NCBI RefSeq assembly: GCF_033026475.1
Contig: NC_090210.1
Location: 20,123,894-20,187,893, forward strand
Length of the DNA stretch: 64,000 bases
Direction of reading: 5' to 3'
Source: Channa argus
Taxonomy: Eukaryota
The notes under the pieces were generated by a model, which was not told the origin of the DNA, did no database searches, and saw nothing but the letters and a program-made list of their open reading frames with translations. This document shows, in pieces, positions 26,101-33,345 of the stretch. A program made the position numbers and the translations under genes. How positions within the stretch are numbered: position 1 is the stretch's first letter; each line of letters opens with the position of its first letter.

Positions 26101-29100
26101 TTCTGGAACATCAGAGTTAGTTTGAGATAATAATAAAAAAAGAAAAGATGTTACCATAAGCATCAAAGAATACTATCCTGACCTTTATTTGCTTCATGAC
26201 AACTCTGACATTTTCTATAAGGACGTCCGACTTCAACTCGACTTCTTTAATGTTATAATAATCCATTAGGCAGAGCTGACAATCTTCTGCACTGCTTCCA
26301 ATCATTAGAGAGAGCAGAACGGCCACTTCTGTCATCTGAGAAGATATGAAAATGGAGAACAGATTGGAACCGATTCATATGTCAATGTCACATTTGTTCT
26401 GTTATTGCTAATAAGAAGAAAAAGCATATAGGCCCTTACAGAAGGAGTCAGCTTGTCGTCGCCCCCCTCTCGCTTTTTCTTCCTCCTCCTCTGATTCTCT
26501 TCTTCCTCTTCGTCATTTTCCTCAGGGTCTGGGGGGAGGCAAAAGTCTGGTTTCGCTTCGAAGGATGACATGGTTGTATTGATCAGGATGACCGTTCGTC
26601 CAGGGAGCGGGGGCACGTTGTAACGACAGGAGATCTGAACGGCTGTCTCCAGAGCTTTGCGGTAACGGTCCAGTAGATCAGTGGTGTAAAGGCGCTGACT
26701 GGTTGTACAGACAAACACAGTATGAGCGAGTATACTGTCACGTAAGTCCTGCAGATATCAGTTTGTTTTTGCTGTTTTTCGGTCCGACGAAATACACCTC
26801 CCTTTAGTGTGAGGTGCTATACATTGTGAATTCCCTAGGGTCACTTCCTGGGTTTTATTCACATAGTACCAAGAACCCTGATAACTATAAATCACATCAA
26901 ACTGTAAGTAAAACACATGATTAAATAAATCATTCTCATACTTGGCCTTAAGCAGCTGGGCCTTCTTCATTCGGTATGTTCGATGGATAAAGGGCACTCC
27001 CAGTGTCACCTTAATCCTTGTCCTTGAGGTCGTCTCCCAGTCCAAACTATCGAAGCGCCTACTCTTGGGAATCTTCTTTAGGATGCCTTTCAAAATCTCT
27101 TTAAGAGGGGGAAGTGCTTGCTGTGAAGTAGTGGCTGAAGCATAAGAGGGTTAAGACGAGGTCATTTATGTGTCCTTTATTGCACATATACCCATGTAAA
27201 CAGTCAACATTTGGTTTGGTTTGTCAGTCAGTATGGCTTGTAAACATGACAGTTATGTCCTATATATAGTCCTAATGTTGACATTATATATCTATATCTC
27301 TAATATCCTAATGCCCACCCACGCTGGGTGAAACCCTGCAGTCACACAACAGTGACACACAACAATTGTACATATATTTAGCTCAAACCTCATATCAGAT
27401 TTTAGTCGCTGTGTGGGAATCTTACAAGCCTTTGTTCGAAGTGCACTGGGTTGCTGTGGAAGCAGGCTGGTCAAAACGCTAATTAAGGTCGTCTGGGCAT
27501 CCGTCTCCCAGCAACCTCCCATTGGCAGACAGAGGACTGTGGTTTTAATCCGAGCGCAGACATTCAGCCACGTTATGAGGAAAGCTAACTTTGGCCTCTT
27601 GTATTTCTGATCGCATTCCTTTGGTCACTACCTAAAGTTCATGGTTAAGAGTTCAAAGGTAGATTGTAAAGAACCATCTTAAGGGAATAAAATATGGTCA
27701 CCATCATGGAGTCAGTCTAGGATTATATAACAGAGAACCCAACAGCCTAAGTGCACTAAAGCTGTTCCTTACATTAGGCAATTGGTAGTGTTTTATAGGG
27801 ACTTTGTATGAAGATAATTAGTAAATAAAACTTATTGTCGCTTTCTTTTTTTAACTTTACCATTAATGCCTAAAACTACTGCACAGCACATGTACTGTAT
27901 CTCACCCAAAGCTTGAAGCTCCATGATGACTTTGTAGGCAGCGAGGAATCTGAAGGGAAACTGTCGACTCTGAATAACAGCTTTCTGTAAGCACATGAAA
28001 ACAAGGCAGAAATTAATTAACTCTGCTGTAAAAGTTTATATGACAAAACAGATAAACATAGACTTATTCTGCCCGATTACATATTTTTATTCATTACTCA
28101 CATTTTTCACGCTCACTCATTTTTCTTCTCATTTTAGGCCCCTCCCCTCCTGCCCTCCATTGTCCCTGCTTACCTGGCCGCTCTTCTAATCAATTTGAAG
28201 AACATATTTATATTATGCTTCTTTTTTTTTTTTTAAATGTAGTAAATAAAAGAAAATCTCACCTTATTGGTCAGGCTGCTGAGGATCTTCTTGTGATGGG
28301 CCTCGCTGATGCCCATAGTGATCATGTTCCTCAGGTTCCTCAGCATGGCCATGAATGGAAGAGACTTGTTATCTGTACAGTAAAGCAATGATGGTTAATG
28401 TGTGGGATCATGTTTGTCGCTCAGTATTTGTAGGTGTGTTTGTGAACGTGTACAGTACATGCATGTCTGGTAAAGTGTGTTGCACTGGCTGCACAACATG
28501 GCCCCATTGCCTAAAAGCGGAGAGTGCTACTTAAATGTATGATTTTGAAACCTAAATTTATATACTTACTTACTGATTAATTTTGCTTATCATATACATT
28601 TGGTTGGTGAGTAGTAACACATTTTCCTGTAGTGTGACAAACTTACTACTCATGTTTTATTATACTTTACACAGACTTTAAACAAGTATGAACACTTGTA
28701 AAATGAAGAGGAGACAAATATTTAAAAAAAAGAGCCTTCAGTCCAATTTTCATGGATGTATTAATGGAACAGCGGGACATTCTACAAATAGTTTTTTAAA
28801 TTGTCTAGTATGTTTTCATCAGACCTATGAGTTTCTCCCAGGTGGCAGCCTTGTTGCCCTCCCGACTCAGCAGCCGTTCCCATGTCTCTGGCTCTTTGAG
28901 CTTCATTCTCTGCCCGGCTCTCTCCCTGTCCCACTCGCCCTTTAATCCACTGCGGGTGAAGGCCTTCACGTCAGCAGGATACCTACAAAAATCACAACCA
29001 CACTGTTTTAAATAGAAGCTAGACACACCCAAAGACAGCACAATGACAAAGTTACCTGTTGCCTCTCCAAGAAGCTTTGCCATTAATTGTATTGTTCTTA

Positions 29101-32100
29101 TTAACCTTGTCGTTGTTGTGCTTTTGTGGCTACTACAACAATGCAATTTCCCTTTTGGATTAGTACTCTCCATTTGCTAAATATTTTTTTATTGTTAATA
29201 CCACTTATAGATAATAAATTAGGCATTAAAATGTGTGTTAATATTACTCAATTAAACCAGCCTATTAAGTAAAACTAAAATCATTGACTATAAATCTTAC
29301 TTTTTTCCCAGAATGGCCATAACATGCTCAGCGGGTTCTTTGATGTGGAGTCTCTTGATCATTTTCTTAAAACTAAAATCACTCTGCTTTTTATCCACCA
29401 CCTCTTTCTTGCCTTCTAGCTGCAGTAGAAAACACAAATAAATATTCCATATGCATCAAACATCTCTGCATCATAAAAGTAAAAACAAATATGAAATGTA
29501 AAGAACTTTGTTTCATAGTTTATTAAAGAATTAATATAATTCAGTTCTACAATCCACGCTACACTAAAAACCTAATATGCAGGAGATATGTAATATTATT
29601 GAATAAAATAAAGATGATCTATAAAAAATTTCAAAATCCTTACTTCATGGCACAAAAGAATAATATATTGACTTACAAACTTCTCAAGAATGGATACGTC
29701 TGCTCTGACCAGGTTCGCCCATTGTTTCAACTGCAGATCAGTTGGTTTCTGGAAATCAAAAATTACATTTAGAACAAAGGATAAAGTAAAGAAGAGACAA
29801 CATTTGAAGAATGCATTTACTTAATTTAGAGAAATTAGAGTAGTCTGTTGATAATTCCATCTCCATGAATATAAAAATGCAAATCGCCCTCCTTTGTTAT
29901 CATAATTAGACACAAATTATTAAACTTCAAGTCCTTTTTGTAGGGCCGGTAAATTGGTATAATTTTTTTTCTCGTATAAGAATTCTAAACAACAGTCACA
30001 TTCAAGTCTACAAGCAATTTAAAGTCACTAAATACTGTGAGATGCATGTCTTTGGACTTGCAACATGCAAACTCCATTTAAATTTAAATGCCATCAATAT
30101 TATTTATATAATTTTTCAATTTTGTTTACATATTATGGGTTTGCATATTATAGATTTGCATCCTGCTTTACATTTTATTTACATATTGATGTTTATTTTA
30201 TCTACTTTGTCTATGTGATGTCTTATATGTTTTAATATTTCGATGGTGGATTTACCAAAGTGCAAGAGCAACAAGTGCTAATTAAGAAGGAATAAATCCA
30301 TCAGTAACAAAGAGCTTTGTGTTGAGTATTTTCTTGGAGGAAGTGATGCTGAATAATAAGGTTGAAAAATACAGAATGTATTTACTTGTATTGATTAATC
30401 ATTCACTGACTAATCAAAATGAATCTTCCCTAATTAAGATAAGATGCCAAAAACCTTTGAAACCTTTGAGTTATTTATAAGGCAAAACATAAAGGAGACA
30501 CAGTTGACTGCTTCTGTACCTTCCCTTTGCGTCTGTTGCGGTTGTGTTTACAGCGGTGTTTGCGTGTGTTGTATTTGGCCAGTTGATACTCGCTGAACTG
30601 CTTGAACTTGTCAGCCATTGCCTTCTTTAGGCACGTCGGCAGGGTGCGGCTAAAGCACTGCAAACAGACAAACGTGGCGTTTACACAAAAAGGACTATCT
30701 GAGATTCCACCATACAGCAGACGCTCACTAAAGCTTACCGTGCTATATATTCTCACTACTTCCAGCCAATCAGAGGGCAGGTGGACAGCGGCACAGAAGT
30801 ATCTGCGGACATGAGACTTGGTGCTTGGCTGATTGGCAGCCAGAGCCAATAAAAAGTTTGCTGTGATGCGGATGTTTAACTCCTGTCGAGTGTAAACTGC
30901 CACCTGGATGGGAAAGACAGAATAAACCCCCTTTTCTAAAATTTTACAGAGACATTAAACAACAAAAAGCAATGCAACATTTGTATTGGATCACCCAAAG
31001 TTATACTATAAAGTTTATTCCCAACTAATCCATGATAACAAGTCAGTGAAGGCTATTTAATTGTGCAGAATCATGTCATGTCTTACTAAAAGATCTAAAA
31101 ATATTTCTATTTTCAATTCATTCTTGTGATTTCTATATTAATGTTTTACTTAATCAGTTAAACACAGTAAAGCCCCAGTAGGATACAAATGTAATTTTTT
31201 TAAATTCGAATTCCATCAAGTTTGGGATGTATGTACACACCTTGAGAAGAAACTGTGGGTTATAGACAGAAATTTCCTTTGCCAGGTTCATGATCCTGGT
31301 CCAAACACTATTTTCAGAGTCCCAGTCCTTCTGGCCTGGAGCTGTGGTCTTAAGGACCAGGGAGCAACACACTGCATTCAACAGGAGATACTAAAAGAAA
31401 GACAGTATTTGTAAGTATCTGTTCATAACCCAGAGGATTTATAATCACTTTAAATGAAACACAAAAAAGCACAAAGAATTGTAACATGTTATCTCTGATA
31501 CAAAGAAATGATTTTTGTTTCTACCTTTTTATCCTTCAGCTCCTCTTCAATATTTTCCTTTTCATTAAGAATCTCAGAAAACTCTGGTCTAATGACCATA
31601 GTTTGTTCTATTTCTTGGTTGGCCAACACTGTTTCAAGAACAGGCATTTCTATAGCTGAGCCAGCATCATTCTCCTTCTCTTTGGACCAAACATTGTCCT
31701 CCTCAGAAGGCTCCTGATGCAGAAGACATCACATTAAAATGTAATGCAGCCAAATGAGATGCAAAGGGTGAATTAGTCAAATATTTAAAGTATATTAGTA
31801 GCTGAGGTAAAACAAGAAATTTATCATATGAATAATATTTCATATACCACACTTGTTTCTTCAAAAGATGGCTGCATGACTTCAGATATTTCCTCTCTGC
31901 CTTTGTCTCCTCCATCATCCTTCTTCTGTTTTTCACCCAGGCCACGATGGGAAAATGAAGAGGGTTGAGCAAATTTACTATGCAGAGCACTGCTGGCCAG
32001 GTAGGTGGGAAGCACAGAGGCTTTGGGGATAGAAGAAGTCATGGAAGAAGTGAAAAGGGGTGAAACATTGTTTAGAAGCTGGTTGTGGGTAGAGAGGAGG

Positions 32101-32327
32101 GGAGAGGTGAGGGCAGGTGATGAGGGGGAGAGTAGATTGGATGAGGTGGAAGACAGCCAAGTGGGCTGGAGAGAGGAGCAGGAAGGAGGCTGCACTGCAC
32201 ATCGTATGTGTTGGCTCATCAAGAAACTATTATCCAGACTTTGAGGATTGAAGCTGGAAGACAAACTTCTCCCACATGTAGCTTGCTGCATCTTCTCTCC
32301 CTGGGCCTGTGAAGGCACCGCCCTCAT
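5749..32327 (-). CDS. tep1: TEP1 ortholog, gene span from stop codon to start codon, about 54 coding exons (telomerase-associated protein 1; TROVE + DUF4062 + NACHT + WD40)
   Basis: Exon translations align in order to human TEP1. They include ...ARQQLNVRNVANNILAIAA../..RYFCAIVQLPSDW.. (fish AVYTRQELNIRITANFLLALAA, RYFCAAVHLPSDW), [22 protein letters not shown](A/G)ERD, the NACHT Walker A GGPGEGKT, FNNQ, WD40 exons and the C-terminal GKLYFLTWKE* (human GNVYFLNWE*). Confidence 0.88.
6358..6465 (-). CDS. tep1: tep1 exon 53 (WD40)
   Basis: VHSDRISVLKLTDSTIISASYDRTVKLWDRTTKKQ; human HSGSVTALHVLPELLVTASKDRDVKLWERPSMQ. Confidence 0.85.
6868..6948 (-). CDS. tep1: tep1 exon 52 (boundaries least certain)
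   Basis: FVVCGDIKGNMWFNQPPNLSSWSSSKP; ttccag/gtaaga. Confidence 0.4.
7096..7204 (-). CDS. tep1: tep1 exon 51
   Basis: FAMGPKNPLQSSFCSMHLQSDNKEMNRSLITAVTVDK; ctttag/gtagaa. Confidence 0.5.
7384..7482 (-). CDS. tep1: tep1 exon 50
   Basis: WNQRVQVLGMIHNDEKSMWLVGVEEEEVCLGFI; ttgcag/gtgagt. Confidence 0.6.
7778..7926 (-). CDS. tep1: tep1 exon 49
   Basis: LVKVTTHTGTRQAVRLAYCSVLIGVSETGEIFEVTKNNDETWEYVVSR; gtttcag/gtaaaa. Confidence 0.6.
8874..8992 (-). CDS. tep1: tep1 exon 48
   Basis: ASASTIGAICSMPDGQFAISCIKCCVDVWKLVWNQQHSSAR; canonical cag/gtgaac. Confidence 0.6.
9077..9203 (-). CDS. tep1: tep1 exon 47 (WD40)
   Basis: SPPNLRGHVSALCFSQEDGLVVAGYESGLLELWQNNRVVGHKQ; human ..AVAWAPDGSMAVSGNQAGELILWQEAKAVA. 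Confidence 0.75.
9393..9525 (-). CDS. tep1: tep1 exon 46 (WD40)
   Basis: VEHFSTFQGHSGAIHGVVCKGGVPEFLTVSQDCSLRSWTWTTG; human VCQTHTLLGHSGPVRAAAVSETSGLMLTASEDGSVRLWQV. Confidence 0.85.
9596..9893 (+). mobile_element. SINE (tRNA-like head; tail ..ctctctcccaatattcaaaaaactgcagaaaaca..cttaaatctat(a)n) in tep1 intron 45
   Basis: Head gggcactgggcctcagttgttagag..ggtttgatcccc. The 3' tail and poly-A match the element at 42.99-43.09 kb. Confidence 0.6.
9896..9979 (-). CDS. tep1: tep1 exon 45
   Basis: DKKKEVKQEEIAVFTASDDGTVQLWKPLQ; human SELLVVTVGLDGATRLWHPLL. Confidence 0.75.
10060..10189 (-). CDS. tep1: tep1 exon 44 (WD40)
   Basis: ERYVVSGCAEGALHVWNWETSMEICHITAHKQRIHHCSLHPNT; human EEHVVSVSRDGTLKVWDHQGVELTSIPAHSGPISHCAA. 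Confidence 0.8.
11185..11288 (-). CDS. tep1: tep1 exon 43 (WD40)
   Basis: ISSSNDGRLCLWDLQTGQRLREIAWKNSLTSVCCL; human ISCSSDGSVGLWDPESGQRLGQFLGHQSAVSAVAAV. Confidence 0.85.
11410..11518 (-). CDS. tep1: tep1 exon 42 (WD40)
   Basis: ALMLWDVSSSPAVLSKSLPHSHRDWITGCVWTPDCV; human LLCWDVRTPKTPVLIHSFPACHRDWVTGCAWTKDNL. Confidence 0.85.
11767..11918 (-). CDS. tep1: tep1 exon 41 (WD40)
   Basis: DDFTIALWLLSDLALDTSVEPHALLRGHSGGVTCLAFSPDGGQLLSGGKDQ; human EDFTVQLW..GTELRGHEGPVSCCSFSTDGGSLATGGRDR. Confidence 0.85.
12070..12312 (-). CDS. tep1: tep1 exon 40 (WD40)
   Basis: GEKIWASSDLDTSILCLLWVVMDAEQTELDLLVSGDKKLRVWKRKEEEGKLGGLEMLKMFGVQLGTILVLAQNSTYLATGSG. Confidence 0.7.
12415..12572 (-). CDS. tep1: tep1 exon 39 (WD40)
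   Basis: CEQEPPQKKLKSIYSGPAALCVAVNGDYAAVGYHGKGITLFSLDSG; human ..SVALSPDGDRVAVGYRADGIRIYKISSG. Confidence 0.8.
12877..12923 (-). CDS. tep1: tep1 exon 38
   Basis: LQLWSGGLGRSVTAFKSED; human VQVWSGSLGRPRGHL. Confidence 0.7.
13059..13264 (-). CDS. tep1: tep1 exon 37 (WD40)
   Basis: SLRGHQRSVRSLCFSSSSSMLCSGSVSGEVRVWSVPTSTCVGCFQAHCGATEALTFLDEGAMLLSAGADHR. Confidence 0.75.
13669..13803 (-). CDS. tep1: tep1 exon 36 (WD40)
   Basis: VWSSSKGHEVAALPSSSPLNCVNFDPEGHLLAAGCWDGNVIVWNWLQNKTL; human LWDTVRGQLAFQHTYPKSLNCVAFHPEGQVIATGSWAGSISFF. Confidence 0.85.
13990..14062. repeat. interspersed repeat fragment (shares ctattgtgaataaaatatgggtt.atgagatttg with 20625-20680)
   Basis: Near-identical 45-bp segment present twice in tep1 introns. 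Confidence 0.4.
14381..14478 (-). CDS. tep1: tep1 exon 35 (WD40)
   Basis: TALIDGHTNVITASDITADQKHLATVSLDLMLK; human VLQTKAHQYQITGCCLSPDCRLLATVCLGGCLK. Confidence 0.75.
14588..14715 (-). CDS. tep1: tep1 exon 34 (WD40)
   Basis: QEVKSLESSCDGISSCVFLKDNHLATTSFDGRIEIWDIKNGCR; human QEEKSVVSGCDGISACLFLSDDTLFLTAFDGLLELWDLQHGCR. Confidence 0.85.
15335..15447 (-). CDS. tep1: tep1 exon 33 (first WD40 blade)
   Basis: ELVAVFSSEPTCVVLSSDGELMVVGTGQGTLHFFNTQT; human SLSLAVSSSPTAVAFSTNGQRAAVGTANGTVYLLDLRT. Confidence 0.75.
15643..15865 (-). CDS. tep1: tep1 exon 32
   Basis: FAHTAGFQDKLEDCRGFLQHHALLLSSWPALFIQQALNELPETSAHKWAQCLVGKGGIQVVEWKNNDRPIVQE; human ..QYPRLLPQQAANQPLDSPLCHQASLLSRRWHLQ. Confidence 0.65.
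16595..16709 (-). CDS. tep1: tep1 exon 31
   Basis: IQSDQVEALQSLLSSYYFLYANVRHGLLHHLLDTYSLY; tgttag/gttagt. Confidence 0.6.
17050..17148 (-). CDS. tep1: tep1 exon 30
   Basis: AHLWAMGDLQGTDTFLHCEANSVKNLPSSL; human AQLWKTCDADASGTFRSCPPEALGDLP. Confidence 0.7.
17221..17355 (-). CDS. tep1: tep1 exon 29
   Basis: SLAGSSHCRNTDDLVVLTNPEVKRAFEDFLLPAESDRTRAHLILA; human SLLGEGPLERPGARLCLPDG..LEDTAHILIA. Confidence 0.7.
17643..17802 (-). CDS. tep1: tep1 exon 28
   Basis: GLRERDLYSVLNTCNDLSSREGRVSWQEALRLSRKPEGRVPMATFTRIVQNLQ; canonical cag/gtatga. Confidence 0.65.
18079..18214 (-). CDS. tep1: tep1 exon 27
   Basis: LKENLQELPQSLSQLVQYSLDRLCSQYRDMPGLRWALAVLTVSTT; human VSERLRTLPATVPLLLQHILSTLEKEHG..ALTALEVTRSG. 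Confidence 0.7.
18583..18675 (-). CDS. tep1: tep1 exon 26
   Basis: LQTLIMKNGAVSPLYLHLACEDLRNFASFDK; human MRLLLVKRESGRPLYLRLVTDHLRLFTLYEQ. Confidence 0.8.
18755..18943 (-). CDS. tep1: tep1 exon 25 (NACHT)
   Basis: GVCLVVSITSKAALLQTLAKKRGTVLFTLGQLTMSDRKEMVQKGLDTFGKKLSDSAFNNQ; human CVHLVLSVSSDAGLGETLEQSQGAHVLALGPL..LYGKRLEESPFNNQ. Confidence 0.85.
19366..19476 (-). CDS. tep1: tep1 exon 24 (NACHT Walker B region)
   Basis: GMKKDKPLVLLVDGVDLVQDGRGQLSSDWIPQQLPQ; human QTQVLIIDGADRLVDQNGQLISDWIPKKLPR. Confidence 0.8.
19595..19783 (-). CDS. tep1: tep1 exon 23 (NACHT)
   Basis: AALADALRTGVKSKRNLVCDVISYSAAASQSARSVGNLLRCFVQWFRKIKDAGKESPLPHSF; human VSALQAPDGAKVAPLVFFHFSGARPDQGLALTLLRRLCTYLRGQLKEPG. 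Confidence 0.75.
20136..20216. repeat. (TAC)n/(TAA)n microsatellite, about 27 units
   Basis: tactactactac...taataataataat, read directly. Confidence 0.95.
20330..20800. repeat. foldback/inverted-repeat element (MITE-like) in tep1 intron 22
   Basis: Arms 20340-20470 and 20560-20800 are mutually reverse-complementary (cagatgttgaaagtgagacatttt / aaatgtttcagtttcaacatctg; ccaattccaaaaag / ctttttttggaaattgg). Mirror ORFs appear on both strands (20318..20566 - and 20514..20816 +). Confidence 0.5.
21001..21181 (-). CDS. tep1: tep1 exon 22 (NACHT Walker A)
   Basis: EDDEAETDVTEQEVHQGALQRQFFGRGKLLSGAVEMVEQVQSKGGMMVVEGGPGEGKTVFM; human ..HGRLSLVTGQSGQGKTAFLASL. Confidence 0.85.
21305..21419 (-). CDS. 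tep1: tep1 exon 21
   Basis: SYPCQWGGVVDGRPYLKNLEVFAKAVLEDLWTAVQQFVE; human [37 protein letters not shown]. Confidence 0.85.
21629..21742 (-). CDS. tep1: tep1 exon 20
   Basis: SIPVAWRSDFVPESKEAESKMTSLKNIIRASDVKVTE; human [28 protein letters not shown]. Confidence 0.8.
21942..22055 (-). CDS. tep1: tep1 exon 19
   Basis: LASAPPGLSITEMEIRQFQALYPDTAHQQMFCYFRDPNVTK; human SGRSVTEMEVMQFLNRNQ..LIYFRDSS. Confidence 0.75.
22496..22786 (-). CDS. tep1: tep1 exon 18 (DUF4062)
   Basis: [74 protein letters not shown]; human [51 protein letters not shown]. Confidence 0.9.
23632..23745. mobile_element. SINE fragment
   Basis: ggctcgaatcccac B-box-like plus aaatgggagggttgcggcaggaagagcagg, same family as 1521-1742. 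Confidence 0.45.
23761..23894 (-). CDS. tep1: tep1 exon 17
   Basis: FVAERGSSRLLDHVDHLDKVYNIRPPEGAKDPQMINSVTSVPVSPK; human FIAEHGASHLLEHVGQMDKIFKIPPPPGKTGVQSL. Confidence 0.85.
24158..24216 (-). CDS. tep1: tep1 exon 16
   Basis: EPEYPSDRNCVKLAGFSEQILR; human DLNPNDVTLSGCTDAILK. Confidence 0.55.
24484..24606 (-). CDS. tep1: tep1 exon 15
   Basis: VDNIILVTDSYISRTIEWAISSYKKEINNKSLVVQLFLSNW; cag/gtaatt. Confidence 0.6.
25262..25560 (-). mobile_element. SINE (tRNA head at right end, LINE-type tail at left) in tep1 intron 14
   Basis: RC reads gggcagctgtagctcagtttgtaaggcagttgtcctagttcgatccccggtccc...aattggggagggttgtgtcaggaagagc...ctgtggtgaccctgaactcacgggataagccgaaagg. Confidence 0.65.
25876..25930 (-). 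CDS. tep1: tep1 exon 14
   Basis: ttttacag/gttagt; EWSREENDLPRIFTKQNK. Confidence 0.55.
26183..26334 (-). CDS. tep1: tep1 exon 13
   Basis: TEVAVLLSLMIGSSAEDCQLCLMDYYNIKEVELKSDVLIENVRVVMKQIK; human LNYALLLIGMMITRAEQVDVVLCGG.. Confidence 0.7.
26447..26698 (-). CDS. tep1: tep1 exon 12 (vWA-like region)
   Basis: SQRLYTTDLLDRYRKALETAVQISCRYNVPPLPGRTVILINTT..acidic insert; human EMLNRYRQALETAVNLSVKHSLPLLPGRTVLVYLTD. Confidence 0.8.
26946..27124 (-). CDS. tep1: tep1 exon 11
   Basis: QALPPLKEILKGILKKIPKSRRFDSLDWETTSRTRIKVTLGVPFIHRTYRMKKAQLLKAK; human QALPFPSNITLMRRILTRNEKNRPRRRFLCHLS.. Confidence 0.75.
27906..27982 (-). CDS. tep1: tep1 exon 10
   Basis: KAVIQSRQFPFRFLAAYKVIMELQAL; human KSVIHSRQFPFRFLNAHDAIDALEAQL. 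Confidence 0.8.
28265..28375 (-). CDS. tep1: tep1 exon 9 (TROVE core)
   Basis: [37 protein letters not shown]; human [36 protein letters not shown]. Confidence 0.85.
28827..28984 (-). CDS. tep1: tep1 exon 8 (TROVE)
   Basis: YPADVKAFTRSGLKGEWDRERAGQRMKLKEPETWERLLSREGNKAATWEKLI; human YPSNLQLFSRSRLPGPWDSSRAGKRMKLSRPETWERELSLRGNKASVWEELI. Confidence 0.85.
29296..29420 (-). CDS. tep1: tep1 exon 7 (TROVE)
   Basis: LQLEGKKEVVDKKQSDFSFKKMIKRLHIKEPAEHVMAILGKK; human TLKKLVQRLHIHKPAQHVQALLGYR. Confidence 0.75.
29682..29756 (-). CDS. tep1: tep1 exon 6
   Basis: tttccag/gtaagt sites; KPTDLQLKQWANLVRADVSILEKF. This exon plus flanks is duplicated at 36.30-36.42/42.08-42.10 kb. Confidence 0.6.
30520..30657 (-). 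CDS. tep1: tep1 exon 5 (TROVE)
   Basis: CFSRTLPTCLKKAMADKFKQFSEYQLAKYNTRKHRCKHNRNRRKGK; human ACLRTAMTDKFAQFDEYQLAKYNPRKHRAKRHPRR. Confidence 0.85.
30737..30903 (-). CDS. tep1: tep1 exon 4 (TROVE)
   Basis: VAVYTRQELNIRITANFLLALAANQPSTKSHVRRYFCAAVHLPSDWLEVVRIYS; human ASLYARQQLNVRNVANNILAIAAFLPACRPHLRRYFCAIVQLPSDWIQVAELY. Confidence 0.85.
31241..31393 (-). CDS. tep1: tep1 exon 3 (start of TROVE region)
   Basis: ILLLNAVCCSLVLKTTAPGQKDWDSENSVWTRIMNLAKEISVYNPQFLLK; aligns to human LLSLLCSTLVSE..ICRELALLEPEFILK. Confidence 0.75.
31521..31706 (-). CDS. tep1: tep1 exon 2
   Basis: cag acceptor/gtagaa donor; EPSEEDNVWSKEKENDAGSAIEMPVLETVLANQEIEQTMVIRPEFSEILNEKENIEEELKDKK. Confidence 0.7.
31860..32327 (-). 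CDS. tep1: tep1 exon 1: start codon (complement of cat at 32325-32327) plus Ser/Leu-rich N-terminal repeat region
   Basis: ORF MRAVPSQ..SCSSLQPTWLSSTSSNLLSPSSPALTSPLLSTHNQLL..SIPKASVLPTYLASSALHS. It resembles the TEP1 N-terminal repeat region. The donor position is approximate. Confidence 0.6.
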
Positions 32328-32389
32328 GTCTGTAGAGAAACATCAATCAAGGGGTCAAATGCTGTTGGACATTTGAATGTCTTGGCCTA

Positions 32390-32480
32390 ATTGATCACAT
32401 CTTTCTGTGACAGCATAAACTATTGAGAGAAGCAGTTCAGCAGCATTCCTTCAAATGTCAGAACAAACATTGACCCCCGT
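32390..32480 (-). repeat. conserved 5'-proximal motif copy 2 (truncated by SINE), immediately upstream of the tep1 start codon
   Basis: ctattgagagaagcagttcagcagcattccttcaaatgtcagaacaaacattgac. Confidence 0.55.
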
Positions 32481-32655
32481 AGGGACAAGCCTAACTTAGT
32501 TGCTCCCGGTGAGTGTTGGCCAGTTGCATAGCAGCTCCCCCTTCGGTGTATGAGTGTGTGTGGTTGTGAGTGAGAATGGGTGAATGAGAAGCAGTGTAAA
32601 GTGCTTTGAGTACCGATAGGTAGAAAAGCGCTATATAGGTGCAGCCCGTTCACTA
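32478..32655. mobile_element. SINE fragment (conserved core ..cagtgtaaagtgctttgagtaccgataggtagaaaagcgctatataggtgcagcc..)
   Basis: This core is widespread in teleost SINEs, recognised by eye. Confidence 0.5.
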
Positions 32656-32922
32656 ATTACATGCAATAGTAAATAACTATACCTTTTTACGGAGGAAGAA
32701 AAGTCAGTTACTTTTAATTTCAATAATTTAAGTAAGTAGAAATCATTTACTTACTTTGATTAAGTAGTAATTGTCAATTTAGTAGTTATACTTTCACTAG
32801 ACCCCTTTTGATTTGTATGTTTGTACATCAGTAAAATATTTGAGTACTTCATCCATAAGCTGCTACAGATCAGAATTTGAGTTGTGCTGGAAGATCTTTC
32901 TTGACATGTATTCAAATAAACT

Positions 32923-33082
32923 TGTATACCAGGGGTCAACAACATGGTGCCCATGGGCACCAGGTAGCCCGCAAGGACCACATGAGTAGGCCATGGGCCT
33001 GTTCTAAAAATAGCACCACTTACCAATGAGCTGCATCTAATATTTTTGTTGTTCATTTTCAAAAAGGTTGGTGACCCCTGTT
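32923..33082. mobile_element. MITE, about 160 bp, with 14-bp terminal inverted repeats CAGGGGTCA(A/C)CAAC
   Basis: Left end caggggtcaacaacatgg... right end ...ggttggtgacccctg. AT-rich interior without coding capacity. Confidence 0.55.
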
Positions 33083-33092
33083 CTATACTATG

Positions 33093-33345
33093 TGGAGTTA
33101 AATTATGTAGGGAGCCTGATGAGTCGGTGGTCCTCCATAGGGCTGGGAAGCAAAAGGCAGAGGGCTCCCATTCCACCAGTTGGCCCCCAGGTCACCAGGT
33201 GTGGCGGCCAACAGGTGTGGCCCCGCCCACCGCCAGGTATAGCCCCGCCCATCGCCAGGTGTTGCCCCAATCAGCCTGACACGGATCGTCGTGGGAGACC
33301 CCCGAAGGGACAAGCCGAAAGGCGTCGGAGTTAAATTACGTAGAG
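33093..33345. repeat. segment flanked by direct repeats ggagttaaattaYgtag, containing about 3 tandem units of ccaggtgtggc/ccgcccaccg
   Basis: ggagttaaattatgtagg at 33093 and ggagttaaattacgtaga at 33326; internal caccaggtgtggcggccaacaggtgtggccccgcccaccgccaggtatagccccgcccatcgccaggtgttgcc. Confidence 0.4.

Noticed and set aside
31978-32244. ORFs 31978..32202 (-) and 32005..32244 (+) overlapping tep1 exon 1
   Set aside because: They are alternative frames of the Ser/Leu-rich exon 1. The frame giving MRAVPSQ..SIPKASVLPTYL.. is the one continuous with exon 2 homology.
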